From an uncultured bacterium (GTDB lineage: Bacteria > SAR324 > NAC60-12): a stretch of DNA of 21,919 bases. The notes beneath the pieces were generated by a model. It was not told where the DNA came from. It ran no database searches and saw nothing but the letters and a program-made list of their open reading frames with translations. The translations under genes were made by a program, and so were the position numbers. The DNA is taken from NCBI GenBank assembly GCA_965662235.1, contig CBFIGY010000043.1, forward strand, positions 1 through 21,919, in the 5' to 3' direction. Positions 1 through 8,347 of this stretch are shown here, piece after piece. The first letter of the stretch is position 1. Each line of letters starts with the position of its first letter.

Positions 1-636
1 GATGCCATAGGGCTCATAAAACCGTGCGGCAGTACCGATACCGCTGGCATAACCCCTTCCAGAACCGGCGAAAGTGGTGACTCGACCACTGATATCAAGA
101 AAGACACTGAAGGAAATTGTTGAGGACGTGACCGAAACTCCATCGGCAGAGGTCAGCGTCTTCCCATCACTTGTTGACGCTGCCACCTTCAACTGGTAGT
201 TGGGACTAGCACGCAATGTTGGGGTTCCCAAAGTAATCGTTGAGCCACTCACTGAATAATAGCTTCCACCACTGTTGTCCCAACCAATGCAGGTAGAAAA
301 ATTATCTACAGAAAGTTGAAATAGCTGATCCGCACAATGAGTCGAGTTGTCAGCGTACCAGTCACTTCCTAAAGCATCACTGAAGGTCAGGGAGATTTGA
401 GTGCTGGCAGAAACGTTCGTTGCCCCATCCGCAGGCGTCGTACTTGTCACAGTAAATGTGCCCCCAGAAGCAGTCTGGCTGCTTGCGGAATCACAGGATC
501 CTCCGATGAGCGAGGTGGATTGGCAGTGAAAGTTTTCCTGATCTGCTGGACTGCAGGCAGCCAGCAAGAGCCCCAAGAGGGTGAAGGTGAGCAGGAGCTT
601 GCCGAATGGGGCAAGAGGTATTTTTCTAAGGAACAT
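1..636 (-). CDS. Lipoprotein with bacterial Ig-like (Big_5/SbsA-type) domain followed by NHL repeats; 5' part only, runs off the left edge
   Basis: Translated by hand, open for 212 codons from ATG at 636. N-terminus MFLRKIPLAPFGKLLLTFTLLGLLLAA-C has the lipobox LAAC. Then TFTVTSTTPADGATNVSASTQISLTFSD (Big_5 signature), C..QLFQLSVDNFSTC, and RVTTFAGSGRGYASGIGTAARFYEPYGI (NHL-repeat signature). GGGGA RBS upstream. Not in the ORF track because the stop lies outside the window. Confidence 0.88.
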   Translation of the reverse strand, partial: MFLRKIPLAPFGKLLLTFTLLGLLLAACSPADQENFHCQSTSLIGGSCDSASSQTASGGTFTVTSTTPADGATNVSASTQISLTFSDALGSDWYADNSTHCADQLFQLSVDNFSTCIGWDNSGGSYYSVSGSTITLGTPTLRASPNYQLKVAASTSDGKTLTSADGVSVTSSTISFSVFLDISGRVTTFAGSGRGYASGIGTAARFYEPYGI

Positions 637-684
637 GGCGTTTCCCCAAATGAAGTGAATGAAAACAAACGAGGCTGAACCGTT

Positions 685-912
685 TCAGTCAACTACCGAA
701 CCCCCATCGCCGGCAGAGAAGCCCTCGATGGAGGAGTCCTCCTCCACATACTCCTGGCAGTCGAGGAAGAGCTTGACCCGCTTTCCAGGTTGCGGGGTCA
801 GGATCTCCAGCATCTGCTTTTTCAGTACTTCAAGCTCCAGTTCGCTCGCGGTTCCCTTGAGGACGAACGTGTAACTCGCGACCTCGCGACTGGTTTGATA
901 AGTAACGATCAC
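685..912 (-). CDS. Small hypothetical protein (75 aa), possibly a partial STAS/SpoIIAA-like fold with an acidic tail
   Basis: GTG start preceded by a perfect Shine-Dalgarno (CAGGAGGT-CCAAC-GTG). Co-oriented with and 48 nt upstream of the lipoprotein gene. Shows a strand-helix-strand pattern: YTFVLKG / ELELEVLKKQMLEIL / KRVKLFLDC. Confidence 0.72.
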   Translation of the reverse strand: MIVTYQTSREVASYTFVLKGTASELELEVLKKQMLEILTPQPGKRVKLFLDCQEYVEEDSSIEGFSAGDGGSVVD

Positions 913-963
913 GTTGGACCTCCTGCGGGTTTTTGACGAAAAACAACGTTATCAAAATGCAGG

Positions 964-991
964 AGTATGGGAGGAAGGAGAAACAGCGCAA
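964..991 (-). promoter_or_regulatory. Putative sigma70-type promoter of the small gene-lipoprotein operon
   Basis: Minus strand TTGCGC (991-986), 16-nt spacer, CATACT (969-964). Imperfect consensus, consistent with an activator-dependent promoter. Confidence 0.35.
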
Positions 992-1004
992 AGGATTTAT
1001 AGGC

Positions 1005-1086
1005 GCGGTTTGGGCGGTTTCAGCGCAAGTGACTGATGTTCAACAGGATAAATCGATGGGCGGTTTCTGGGCGGTTTCAGTTCAAG
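1005..1086. repeat. Four GCGGTTT boxes in two tandem pairs, within a 17/19-nt direct repeat; candidate transcription-factor sites
   Basis: GCGGTTT at 1005, 1014, 1060 and 1071. TGGGCGGTTTCAGcgCAAG (1011-1029) vs TGGGCGGTTTCAGttCAAG (1068-1086). TGGGCGGTTTC also occurs at 1057-1067. Confidence 0.8.
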
Positions 1087-1197
1087 CAGCTGAATTTAAA
1101 TGAAAAAATGAAAATCTACGAAATATCAACCCAGAGAAGGATCCGAGCCGCAGAGGCCCTGGATCCTTGTCGAAGGGGGAGAGAGGGAGGAGGATTC

Positions 1198-1227
1198 AAA
1201 GAAGAAACCCGCTGGATCGCGGGCTTC
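1198..1227 (-). terminator. Rho-independent terminator of kinase 1
   Basis: Minus strand GAAGCCCGC-GATCCA-GCGGGTTTC followed by TTCTTT, overlapping the stop codon. Confidence 0.65.
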
Positions 1228-3988
1228 AGGAGCGGCTTTGATAGGTGCTGTAGAGTTCGGCGAGCATCTCTGAGAGCTCCGGGTGACGCGGGTGGTCTTG
1301 CGGAGTCCGGGAGAGGACAAACTCCCCGCTTTGTGCGACCTTTCTCCAGCGTGGATTGGGCGGCAAGGTGGAGGGAGAGAGGTACTGAGAGAGGTTGCGG
1401 GTCCTCCACTGGCCGGTCTGTTTTTCCAGATACGCTCCCCAGAGCTTGGACTCTTGAGCAAACTCCACTGGACCCTTTCCGGTCAGCTCCCTCCAGACCT
1501 CCAGAGTCAGCTGGAGCACCTTTACCAGCAACTCCCGATCTGAGGAGCGGCTCGGGACGTTTTGGGTGCTCGCCTTGCGCAGCCTAGAGAGTTCCAGATG
1601 AGCGGCCACTCGAGCCCACAGTTCGGCTCGCTGGACCGGCTTGGACAGGTAATCGTTGCCTCCGACCTCAAAGGCGCGGGCCATGTCTTCCGGACGACTG
1701 AGCGCAGTGAGGAAGAGGATCGGTAGCGCTTCCTTGGAAAAGCGCTCCCGGAGGATTTCGCAGACCTCAAACCCATCGAGCTCGGGCATCATCACATCCA
1801 GAATGATCAACTCGGGAAGGTGGCCCTGCTGGAGGTACTCGAGCACCTCTGCCCCCTTGTTGAAGCAGGAGACTGAGACCGTGAGGTCCTCCAGTTGCCG
1901 CATCATCGTGTAGAGGTTGACGACATCGTCATCAACGATCAGGATCTGCTCTCCTGACGTGCTTGAGGGTTCCGGACGCGTCGGGACCAGCTCTTGCGGC
2001 TTGATGTCGGGGGCTTCTGAGGCCAGGGGAGCCGGTGGCGCTGTTTCTCCCTGCGAGGAGAGCGGAAGCTCAATCCAGAACAGTGCGCCCCCCAGAGGAG
2101 AGTCTTCCACACCGATCCGGCCCCCCTGTTCCTGCATGATCTCACTGGAAATCGACAACCCCAGTCCCAGCCCCTCCGTCTGCTGCGGAGAGTTCTGGTG
2201 AAAGCGCTCAAAGATCGACTCACGGTGCTCCAGAGCCACCCCGGGTCCCGAGTCGTGCACCTCAATTCGCACTCGCTCCCCTAGCACCTTGCCTCTGACC
2301 TCAATCCTTCCTTGCTCCGTGAACTTGCCCGCGTTGAAGAGCAGATTGAGCAGAACCTGAAGCAGGCGTCCTGAGTCCGCCCAGACCGGTGGCAGCTCGG
2401 AAGCGACCTGGTTGGCGTACTCAACGGGCTTGCTGGAGAACTGAACCTGGGTCAGCGACAGGGCTTCTTCAACCAGCGTGTGGACGAACACGGTCTCCCG
2501 ATGAATTTGCAAGCGGTGCTCTTGAATTGCGGCGAGGTCCAGCAGGTTCTCGATGAGCCGCTGGAGACGCTTTCCACTGTAGAGAGCGAGGGAAAGGGAG
2601 TGTTCCACGTGCGCCAAGCCTCGCTTGCGGAGCTTTTCCAGCACTTCCTCCGTCAGTCCCAGCATGCCCTGCAAGGGGGTCTTGAGTTCGTGAGAGGCAT
2701 TTGCCAGCAGCGTGCTGCGAAACTGTTCTTTCTCCCGGAGGCTGCGGATCAACTCCTTGTCTGCCCGCCTCCGCTCCGCCTGAGCCTCTTCATTCGCCTG
2801 GTCTCGCTCCAGCTGCATCAGGTGAAAGCGGTTCGCCAGCGCCACCGAAAAAGCCGCGGCATCCAGCAACGCAACCGCCTCAATCCAGAGCCCGATGCTT
2901 GGGTTCCATGGAAGCACTCCGAGCGACATCAGGGGCAGCGAGAGCGCCGCAAGCACGAGCATGAACCAGCCCACTAGGGAATAGAGCACCACCTCTTTGT
3001 AGATCACATAGGACTGCAACATGGCCCAGATGATAAAGAGAATCAGTGCCGAGGTGGTCAGTGATAGCAGAACGAAGACGACCATGATCGACTGAGTGAG
3101 CCCAGCTAGGGTCACAGCGATCAACAGAACAAGCAGCAGCAGACGATGCGCCGCGCGTCTGGCCCTGGGGAAGTGCTTTTCAAGCGCCAGCAAACCGCTG
3201 GTGAAGCGAAATCCGGAGTATGAGGAGGCATAAATCAGAAGCAGCCCCAGCCAGTGGATGCCGTTGGACCTGAAGGGCATCAGGTCGACCCACACATGCA
3301 CATGGATGCGAAAGAACAGGAAGAGCGCCAGGAACAAGGCGTAGTCGAGATAGACGACGTCACGAAGCCTGAGGTAGACGGTCAGGTAGATGAGGATGAA
3401 GACCGCCAGTCCTCCCCAGCACCACGAATAGAACGCATGCTCAAATAAGTTCTGCTCCCTACGGGCGTCCGGTTCCCAGAGGGAGACCATCGCCTTCATG
3501 TCGAACCGCGTCTCTAGGCGCATCAGGTAGTCCACCTGCTGCTCTGCCGGGATGACCAAACGGGTCTCCAGGAGAGCCTCACGAGAGGCCACGGTGCTCA
3601 GTTGATCGAAGCTCATGGAGGCCGCCAGCTGAGGCCCTTCTCCTGGCACCGTGGTGTACAGCTCCAGGGTCCAGAACTCGTGATCGATCTGAAAGATCAC
3701 GGGCTGGTCCTCCGGACTCGGGTTCCTCACGGTGAAACGAAACCAGTGGGGACCATGAAAGACTCCGATACTGAAGACCGGGGTGGCGTTGGTCTGAAAC
3801 TGAGAAGCGATCTCGGGAGAGAGGACCTCTTCAGCACTCCAAGGACCATTGGTTTCCTCTAGGTACTCCAGGTGAAGGCCCAGCGGGATCGAGCCAAATC
3901 CTTCGTTGAGGACCACAGGCGCAGGTTGTGCCCCGGCCCGCAAGGGAGCCAGCAGCAGCAGGACTAGGAAGGTAAAGAGGGGCTTCAT
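1226..3988 (-). CDS. Hybrid sensor histidine kinase: signal peptide, 7TMR-DISMED2, 7TMR-DISM 7TM, HisKA, HATPase, REC, and C-terminal ChiS-family DNA-binding domain
   Basis: Signal peptide MKPLFTFLVLLLLAPLRAGA; start likely 3988, though the ORF track extends to 4033. DISMED2-like LGLHLEYLEE...WFRFTVRN...YLMRLET, then seven hydrophobic segments. H-box ASHELKTPL, N-box QVLLNLLFNAGKF, G1 DSGPG, G2 GLGLGLSI. REC ILIVDD...LDVMMPELDG...LTA...KP. C-terminal W...AQESKLWGAYL...TRNLSQYL...LPPNPRWRKV. Confidence 0.93.
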   Translation of the reverse strand: MKPLFTFLVLLLLAPLRAGAQPAPVVLNEGFGSIPLGLHLEYLEETNGPWSAEEVLSPEIASQFQTNATPVFSIGVFHGPHWFRFTVRNPSPEDQPVIFQIDHEFWTLELYTTVPGEGPQLAASMSFDQLSTVASREALLETRLVIPAEQQVDYLMRLETRFDMKAMVSLWEPDARREQNLFEHAFYSWCWGGLAVFILIYLTVYLRLRDVVYLDYALFLALFLFFRIHVHVWVDLMPFRSNGIHWLGLLLIYASSYSGFRFTSGLLALEKHFPRARRAAHRLLLLVLLIAVTLAGLTQSIMVVFVLLSLTTSALILFIIWAMLQSYVIYKEVVLYSLVGWFMLVLAALSLPLMSLGVLPWNPSIGLWIEAVALLDAAAFSVALANRFHLMQLERDQANEEAQAERRRADKELIRSLREKEQFRSTLLANASHELKTPLQGMLGLTEEVLEKLRKRGLAHVEHSLSLALYSGKRLQRLIENLLDLAAIQEHRLQIHRETVFVHTLVEEALSLTQVQFSSKPVEYANQVASELPPVWADSGRLLQVLLNLLFNAGKFTEQGRIEVRGKVLGERVRIEVHDSGPGVALEHRESIFERFHQNSPQQTEGLGLGLSISSEIMQEQGGRIGVEDSPLGGALFWIELPLSSQGETAPPAPLASEAPDIKPQELVPTRPEPSSTSGEQILIVDDDVVNLYTMMRQLEDLTVSVSCFNKGAEVLEYLQQGHLPELIILDVMMPELDGFEVCEILRERFSKEALPILFLTALSRPEDMARAFEVGGNDYLSKPVQRAELWARVAAHLELSRLRKASTQNVPSRSSDRELLVKVLQLTLEVWRELTGKGPVEFAQESKLWGAYLEKQTGQWRTRNLSQYLSPSTLPPNPRWRKVAQSGEFVLSRTPQDHPRHPELSEMLAELYSTYQSRS

Positions 3989-4216
3989 GGAAGGGTGACG
4001 GGGGGCTGCACGTTCAATCTTGAACCGATTCATCTAAACTGTATGGAAAGCACCATGGCTCTCCTTTCCCGGACAGTTTATGCTTTGAATTTTCAGCAAC
4101 TGCAAGGACAAGATGGGGACCCCAGCAAGTTCGCCTGAAAAACGTCGCTAACAGGGGGTCCACCTAGCAGAGGATGCGGAAGGCCCTTGGGGCGGTTCTG
4201 GATTGTTTTCGGGGGC

Positions 4217-5287
4217 TCAGACGAGCGTGACGTGCTTGATGTAGTCGCGGAGGTAGGAGTAGCTGATCTGGATGTGACCGTCGGTGGTCTGCAGGATCGA
4301 CGGGTAGGAGTAATCTCCAATGAAGGCCCCTGTTTCATCATGTGCTGAGCGCCGGTCAGGATCGGCTTCGACCACCAGCTCCTGAGTCCAGGTCAGCCCC
4401 AGATCGGTTGATGAGGCAATCACCAGCGGGTTCCGGGGGACGCCCCAGACTGCACTGTTTTCGGTGATGGCACACTGCTTCAAGAAGGCTGCTTGGTCCT
4501 TGACCCACGGGGGCACCGAGCTTTCTCCGGGACGACCCGAGGCGCTGTTTTCATTGTAGATCAGGGCGATGCGGCCATCTGTGAGCTGGCGGGCCTGAAC
4601 GGAGGCGTTGTTGTTGGGAAGTGCCGTCGGCTCTGGGGCAGACCAGGTCAGGCCCCCGTCGTCTGAGACGGTCCGGAAGATGCGGTCTGCGCGGCGACGG
4701 CGGAAGAAGGCCACACGGCAGTCGGCCTGGATGTTCATGTGCACGCAGCCCTCGCTTTTGGGAACCAAACGCGTTTCCCACGACTGACCTCCGTCTGCCG
4801 AAATTTTGACGAGGCTGGGGTCCTCACCAAAAGCGTTTTTGATGTTGCTGTGCCAGATGGGGAAGAGCAGGAGTCCTGCCGGGTTCACCACTGGTGCGTG
4901 GCGCATGAAGGTGCCGGGCTCATCAAACAGCTCTGTTGGCGCACTCCAGGTCGCTCCTTCATCCACAGACCGCCGAATGCGGACCACAGCGGTTCCCTGG
5001 TCGGTTTCGATCTGGGCGGTGTACAGCAGCCACAGCTCTCCGGAGGGGTGCCGGAACAGGGCCGGATTCTGCTCGGAACGGGTGGGATCATCCGACATCT
5101 TCTGCGCTTCTCGCCACTCGCCACGGCGATGGTCGTAACGGGACAGGTAAATGCTGATGTCCGGCGTTCCCTCCATGGAGCCTCCGAACCAGGTGCACAG
5201 GAGGTCCCCGTTTTCACACTCAAACAGGTTGGACGCGTGGTTGCTGGGGCAGGGGGTGGGGATCTTCTGTTCGTGCAGCACCTTCAT
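4217..5287 (-). CDS. BNR/Asp-box repeat sialidase-like protein (BNR_2 beta-propeller), predicted cytoplasmic
   Basis: Asp-boxes SVDEGATW, SADGGQSW, SDDGGLTW, STDLGLTW. HASNL...WFGGSMEG at the N-terminus, LPNNNA, RNPL and YSYPS near the C-terminus. GAGGAG RBS; no signal peptide. Confidence 0.88.
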   Translation of the reverse strand: MKVLHEQKIPTPCPSNHASNLFECENGDLLCTWFGGSMEGTPDISIYLSRYDHRRGEWREAQKMSDDPTRSEQNPALFRHPSGELWLLYTAQIETDQGTAVVRIRRSVDEGATWSAPTELFDEPGTFMRHAPVVNPAGLLLFPIWHSNIKNAFGEDPSLVKISADGGQSWETRLVPKSEGCVHMNIQADCRVAFFRRRRADRIFRTVSDDGGLTWSAPEPTALPNNNASVQARQLTDGRIALIYNENSASGRPGESSVPPWVKDQAAFLKQCAITENSAVWGVPRNPLVIASSTDLGLTWTQELVVEADPDRRSAHDETGAFIGDYSYPSILQTTDGHIQISYSYLRDYIKHVTLV

Positions 5288-5359
5288 GTTCGGCTCGTCT
5301 CCTCGTGCGATTTCAAGTCCTGCGGATTTCCTCCACCGGGAAGAGGTGGCAGGAGCGCC

Positions 5360-6370
5360 TCAGGCGGCTTCGTTTTCAATGTCCTTGGCCCGGAAGCACG
5401 CCACCAGGTGTCCCGAGCCCTGATCCTCTAGGTTGGGAGTGGCTTCAGCGCACCGCTTTTCTGCATAACGGCATCGCGGGTGGAAGCGGCACCCTGAGGG
5501 CGGATCAATGGCATTCGACACATCTCCTTGCAGGATGATGCGCTGGCGGTTGCGCTCATACTCCGGATCGGCCTCGGGCACTGCAGAGAGCAGGGCCTTC
5601 GTGTAGGGGTGAAGGGGACGCTGAAACAGGTCCGCCTTGCTGGCAATCTCCATGATCTTGCCCAGGTACATGACTGCCACCCGGTCGCTGATGTGCCGCA
5701 CCACAGCCAGGTCGTGGGCAATGAACAGGTAGGTCAGGTGGTACTTCTCCTGAATGTCCATCAGGAGGTTGATGATCTGGGCCTGAATGGAAACATCGAG
5801 GGCGGAGATCGGTTCATCACAGACAATGAACTCCGGCTCACTGGCCAGCGCGCGTGCAATGCAGATGCGCTGCCGCTGTCCCCCGGAAAATTCATGAGGG
5901 TACCGATTGACCACGTTCGGGTTCAGGCCCACGTCCCGGATCAGCTGCGCAACCCGTCCCCCGATTTCCTTCTCATCACAAATCTGATGAATCCGCAGAG
6001 GCTCTGCGAGAGCCTCTCCAATCGTCATCCGTGGATTCAGGGTTGAATAAGGGTCCTGAAACACCACCTGCGCTCGTTTGCGCATGGCCCGGAGCTCCTC
6101 CTTGGAGAGCTTTGCCAGGTTGACGCCGTCGAATGTGACGGAGCCGCTGGTGGCCCGGTGGAGCTGCAGGAGGGCAAACCCGGTGGTGGATTTTCCGCAA
6201 CCCGACTCGCCCACCAGTCCCAGGGTTTCCCCCTTGAAGATCGTGAAGCTGACTCCGTCAATGGCATGAACCACTGCCGTCTGATCGCCGAAGGCACCGA
6301 GCTTGACCGGGAAGTGCTTGACCAGGTTGTCCACTTCCACCAACGGTTGTTTTTCCGGACCTAAGCTCAT
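5360..6370 (-). CDS. Opp/Dpp-family ABC transporter ATP-binding subunit (OppF/DppF-like)
   Basis: Walker A GESGCGKST, signature FSGGQRQR, Walker B IVCDEP, HPYT, and C-terminal GCRFHPRC...ACF. ATGA overlap with the upstream ATPase. Confidence 0.95.
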   Translation of the reverse strand: MSLGPEKQPLVEVDNLVKHFPVKLGAFGDQTAVVHAIDGVSFTIFKGETLGLVGESGCGKSTTGFALLQLHRATSGSVTFDGVNLAKLSKEELRAMRKRAQVVFQDPYSTLNPRMTIGEALAEPLRIHQICDEKEIGGRVAQLIRDVGLNPNVVNRYPHEFSGGQRQRICIARALASEPEFIVCDEPISALDVSIQAQIINLLMDIQEKYHLTYLFIAHDLAVVRHISDRVAVMYLGKIMEIASKADLFQRPLHPYTKALLSAVPEADPEYERNRQRIILQGDVSNAIDPPSGCRFHPRCRYAEKRCAEATPNLEDQGSGHLVACFRAKDIENEAA

Positions 6371-7362
6371 TGTTCGGCACCTTTTTGCTGCACGTCCACC
6401 CAGCAGGCGACGTGGTGTACGGAATCAGTGTTTCCAAGGGGCTGAAGGGGGGGCACCTCCTGCGTGCAGCGATCGATCCGGTAGCTGCACCGGGGCGCAA
6501 ACGGACACCCGCTGGGCTCTGCAAACAGGTTCGGGGGCGCGCCGCCAATGGACGGAAGGCGGCTTCCGGACTCGGTCTTGAGGCTCGGAATCGACTTCAG
6601 CAGCCCAATGGTGTAAGGGTGGCGAGGGGAGCGGTAGATCTCATCGGTTTGTGACTCCTCCACCACCAGGCCGCCATACATCACCATGATCCGGTCAACC
6701 ATTCCTGCCAGCAGGCTGAGGTCGTGGGTGATCCAGATGATCGACATGTTGACCTTCTCCCGCAGGTCCTTGACCAGCTCGACAATCTGCGCCTGGATGG
6801 TTACATCAAGCGCCGTGGACGGTTCGTCACAGATAACAAGGTCTGGCTCACCAATCAGGGCCATGGCGATCATGACACGCTGGCGCATGCCTCCGGAGAG
6901 CTGATGCGGGTACTCCGTCAGACGGTGTTCCGGATTGGAAATCCCTACCAGTTCCAGGTACTTGGCCGCCTTCTCCAGGGCCGCGACCTTGGTCAGCTTC
7001 TTGTGGTAGCGGATGCCTTCAATCAGCTGCTCCCCAATCCGCATGAAGGGATTGAGCGACGTCATCGGATCCTGGAAGATCATCCCGACCTTGGCGCCAC
7101 GGATCGCGTTGATCTGGCTGGAGCTCGGCTGAGAAATGTCCTCTCCATCGAGGATCACGGTGCCGCGGGTGACCTCGGCCGCAGGGGGCAGCAGCCGGAT
7201 GAGGCTCATCATCGAGACGCTTTTGCCGCAGCCAGACTCTCCGACCACCCCAAGCATCTCGCCCCGGTCCAGGCTAAAGGACACCCCGTTCACCGCATAC
7301 AGGTAGCCATCCCGGACCTTGAAGCGCGTGTGCAGGTTCTTGACTTCCAGTATTTTGCTCAT
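6367..7362 (-). CDS. Opp/Dpp-family ABC transporter ATP-binding subunit (OppD/DppD-like)
   Basis: GESGCGKS, FQDPMTSLNP, LSGGMRQRVMIA, DEPSTALDVTIQAQ, GCPFAPRC. Start set at MSKILEV (7362) to avoid overlap with the permease. Confidence 0.95.
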   Translation of the reverse strand: MSKILEVKNLHTRFKVRDGYLYAVNGVSFSLDRGEMLGVVGESGCGKSVSMMSLIRLLPPAAEVTRGTVILDGEDISQPSSSQINAIRGAKVGMIFQDPMTSLNPFMRIGEQLIEGIRYHKKLTKVAALEKAAKYLELVGISNPEHRLTEYPHQLSGGMRQRVMIAMALIGEPDLVICDEPSTALDVTIQAQIVELVKDLREKVNMSIIWITHDLSLLAGMVDRIMVMYGGLVVEESQTDEIYRSPRHPYTIGLLKSIPSLKTESGSRLPSIGGAPPNLFAEPSGCPFAPRCSYRIDRCTQEVPPLQPLGNTDSVHHVACWVDVQQKGAEQ

Positions 7363-7393
7363 TGAGGCTCGCTTCCTTGTCGTCGGGACCGCA

Positions 7394-8347
7394 TCACTTC
7401 CACTGTCGCGGGTTGAGGGCATCGTTGAGGCCGTCTCCCAGAAAACTGAACGCGATCGTCACCACAGCCAACGCGGCAGCCGGAGCCGCCAGCACATGTG
7501 GATAGAGCTGCCACACCCGGAGGCCGTCGCTGATCATGTTGCCCCAGCTGGGGATCGGAGGCCGTACGCCCACGCCCAAGAAGCTGAAGGACGATTCCAG
7601 CACCATGGCCTCTCCCAGCGCTGCGCTGATGTAGACAATCACCGGACCAATCGAGTTGGGAATGACGTACCGGCGGATGATCTTTGACGTCGGGACGCCC
7701 AGCGCCTCTGCAGCCAAGACGTAGTTTTTGTTGCGCACCGACATGATCTGTCCCCGGATGATCCGGGCCGCCTTCGGCCACTTGATGAGCGCCATTGAGC
7801 CAAAGACGAGGACAAAGTCGACCCAGATCGTGTTGCGGTAGAACTCGTTCCCCGTCTCCATGAACTTCGCGTCCATCCAATTGACCATCGAGGGCTTCAT
7901 GGAAACATTGATCACGATCACCACCAGCAGGGACGGAATCGACATGGTGATGTCGATCAGCCACACCACAAAGGCGTCCACCTTGCCCCCAAAGTACCCG
8001 CCAATGGAACCAATGAAGAGGCCGATGATGAGGCTGAAGAGCACGGTGGAGAAGGCCACCACCACAGCCGTGCGGGCGCCGTAGATGACGCGGCTCAAGA
8101 TGTCCCGGCCCAGGTCGTCGGTGCCAAACCAGTGGGCCCAGGAAGGCGACTGGTTGCGGGCCATGAGGTCCTGATCCAGAAAGTCATACGGCGTGATCCA
8201 GGGGCCAAAGGCCGCAATGAAGAAGAGCAGTGCCACCAGGATCATGCCAATCACCGCCAGCTTGTTGGCCACCAGACGCGCGAAGGCGTCCTGGAGGAGG
8301 CTGATCTGCCGGTCTTCCGGCATTCCGTTGATCGCCAGGTCCGTCAT
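7394..8347 (-). CDS. Opp/Dpp-family ABC permease (OppC/DppC-like)
   Basis: PSWAHWFGTDDLGRDILSRVIYGAR, EAA loop YVLAAEALG, SFLGVGVRPPIPSWG. Confidence 0.95.
   Translation of the reverse strand: MTDLAINGMPEDRQISLLQDAFARLVANKLAVIGMILVALLFFIAAFGPWITPYDFLDQDLMARNQSPSWAHWFGTDDLGRDILSRVIYGARTAVVVAFSTVLFSLIIGLFIGSIGGYFGGKVDAFVVWLIDITMSIPSLLVVIVINVSMKPSMVNWMDAKFMETGNEFYRNTIWVDFVLVFGSMALIKWPKAARIIRGQIMSVRNKNYVLAAEALGVPTSKIIRRYVIPNSIGPVIVYISAALGEAMVLESSFSFLGVGVRPPIPSWGNMISDGLRVWQLYPHVLAAPAAALAVVTIAFSFLGDGLNDALNPRQWK

Noticed and set aside
397..874. ORF-track calls 397-678(+), 447-692(-) and 659-874(+)
   Set aside because: They are shadows of the lipoprotein frame (ATG 636) and the 685-912 gene, which have the RBS and recognisable motifs.
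1005..1086. Repeats as a mini CRISPR array or iterons
   Set aside because: Units are only 7-19 nt with irregular spacing, there are no unique 30-40 nt spacers, and no cas or rep gene is nearby.
1036..1587. 183-aa plus-strand ORF and the minus-strand ORFs 1116-1409 and 1126-1461
   Set aside because: They overlap the conserved kinase C-terminal domain and its terminator, have low-complexity composition and show no motifs.
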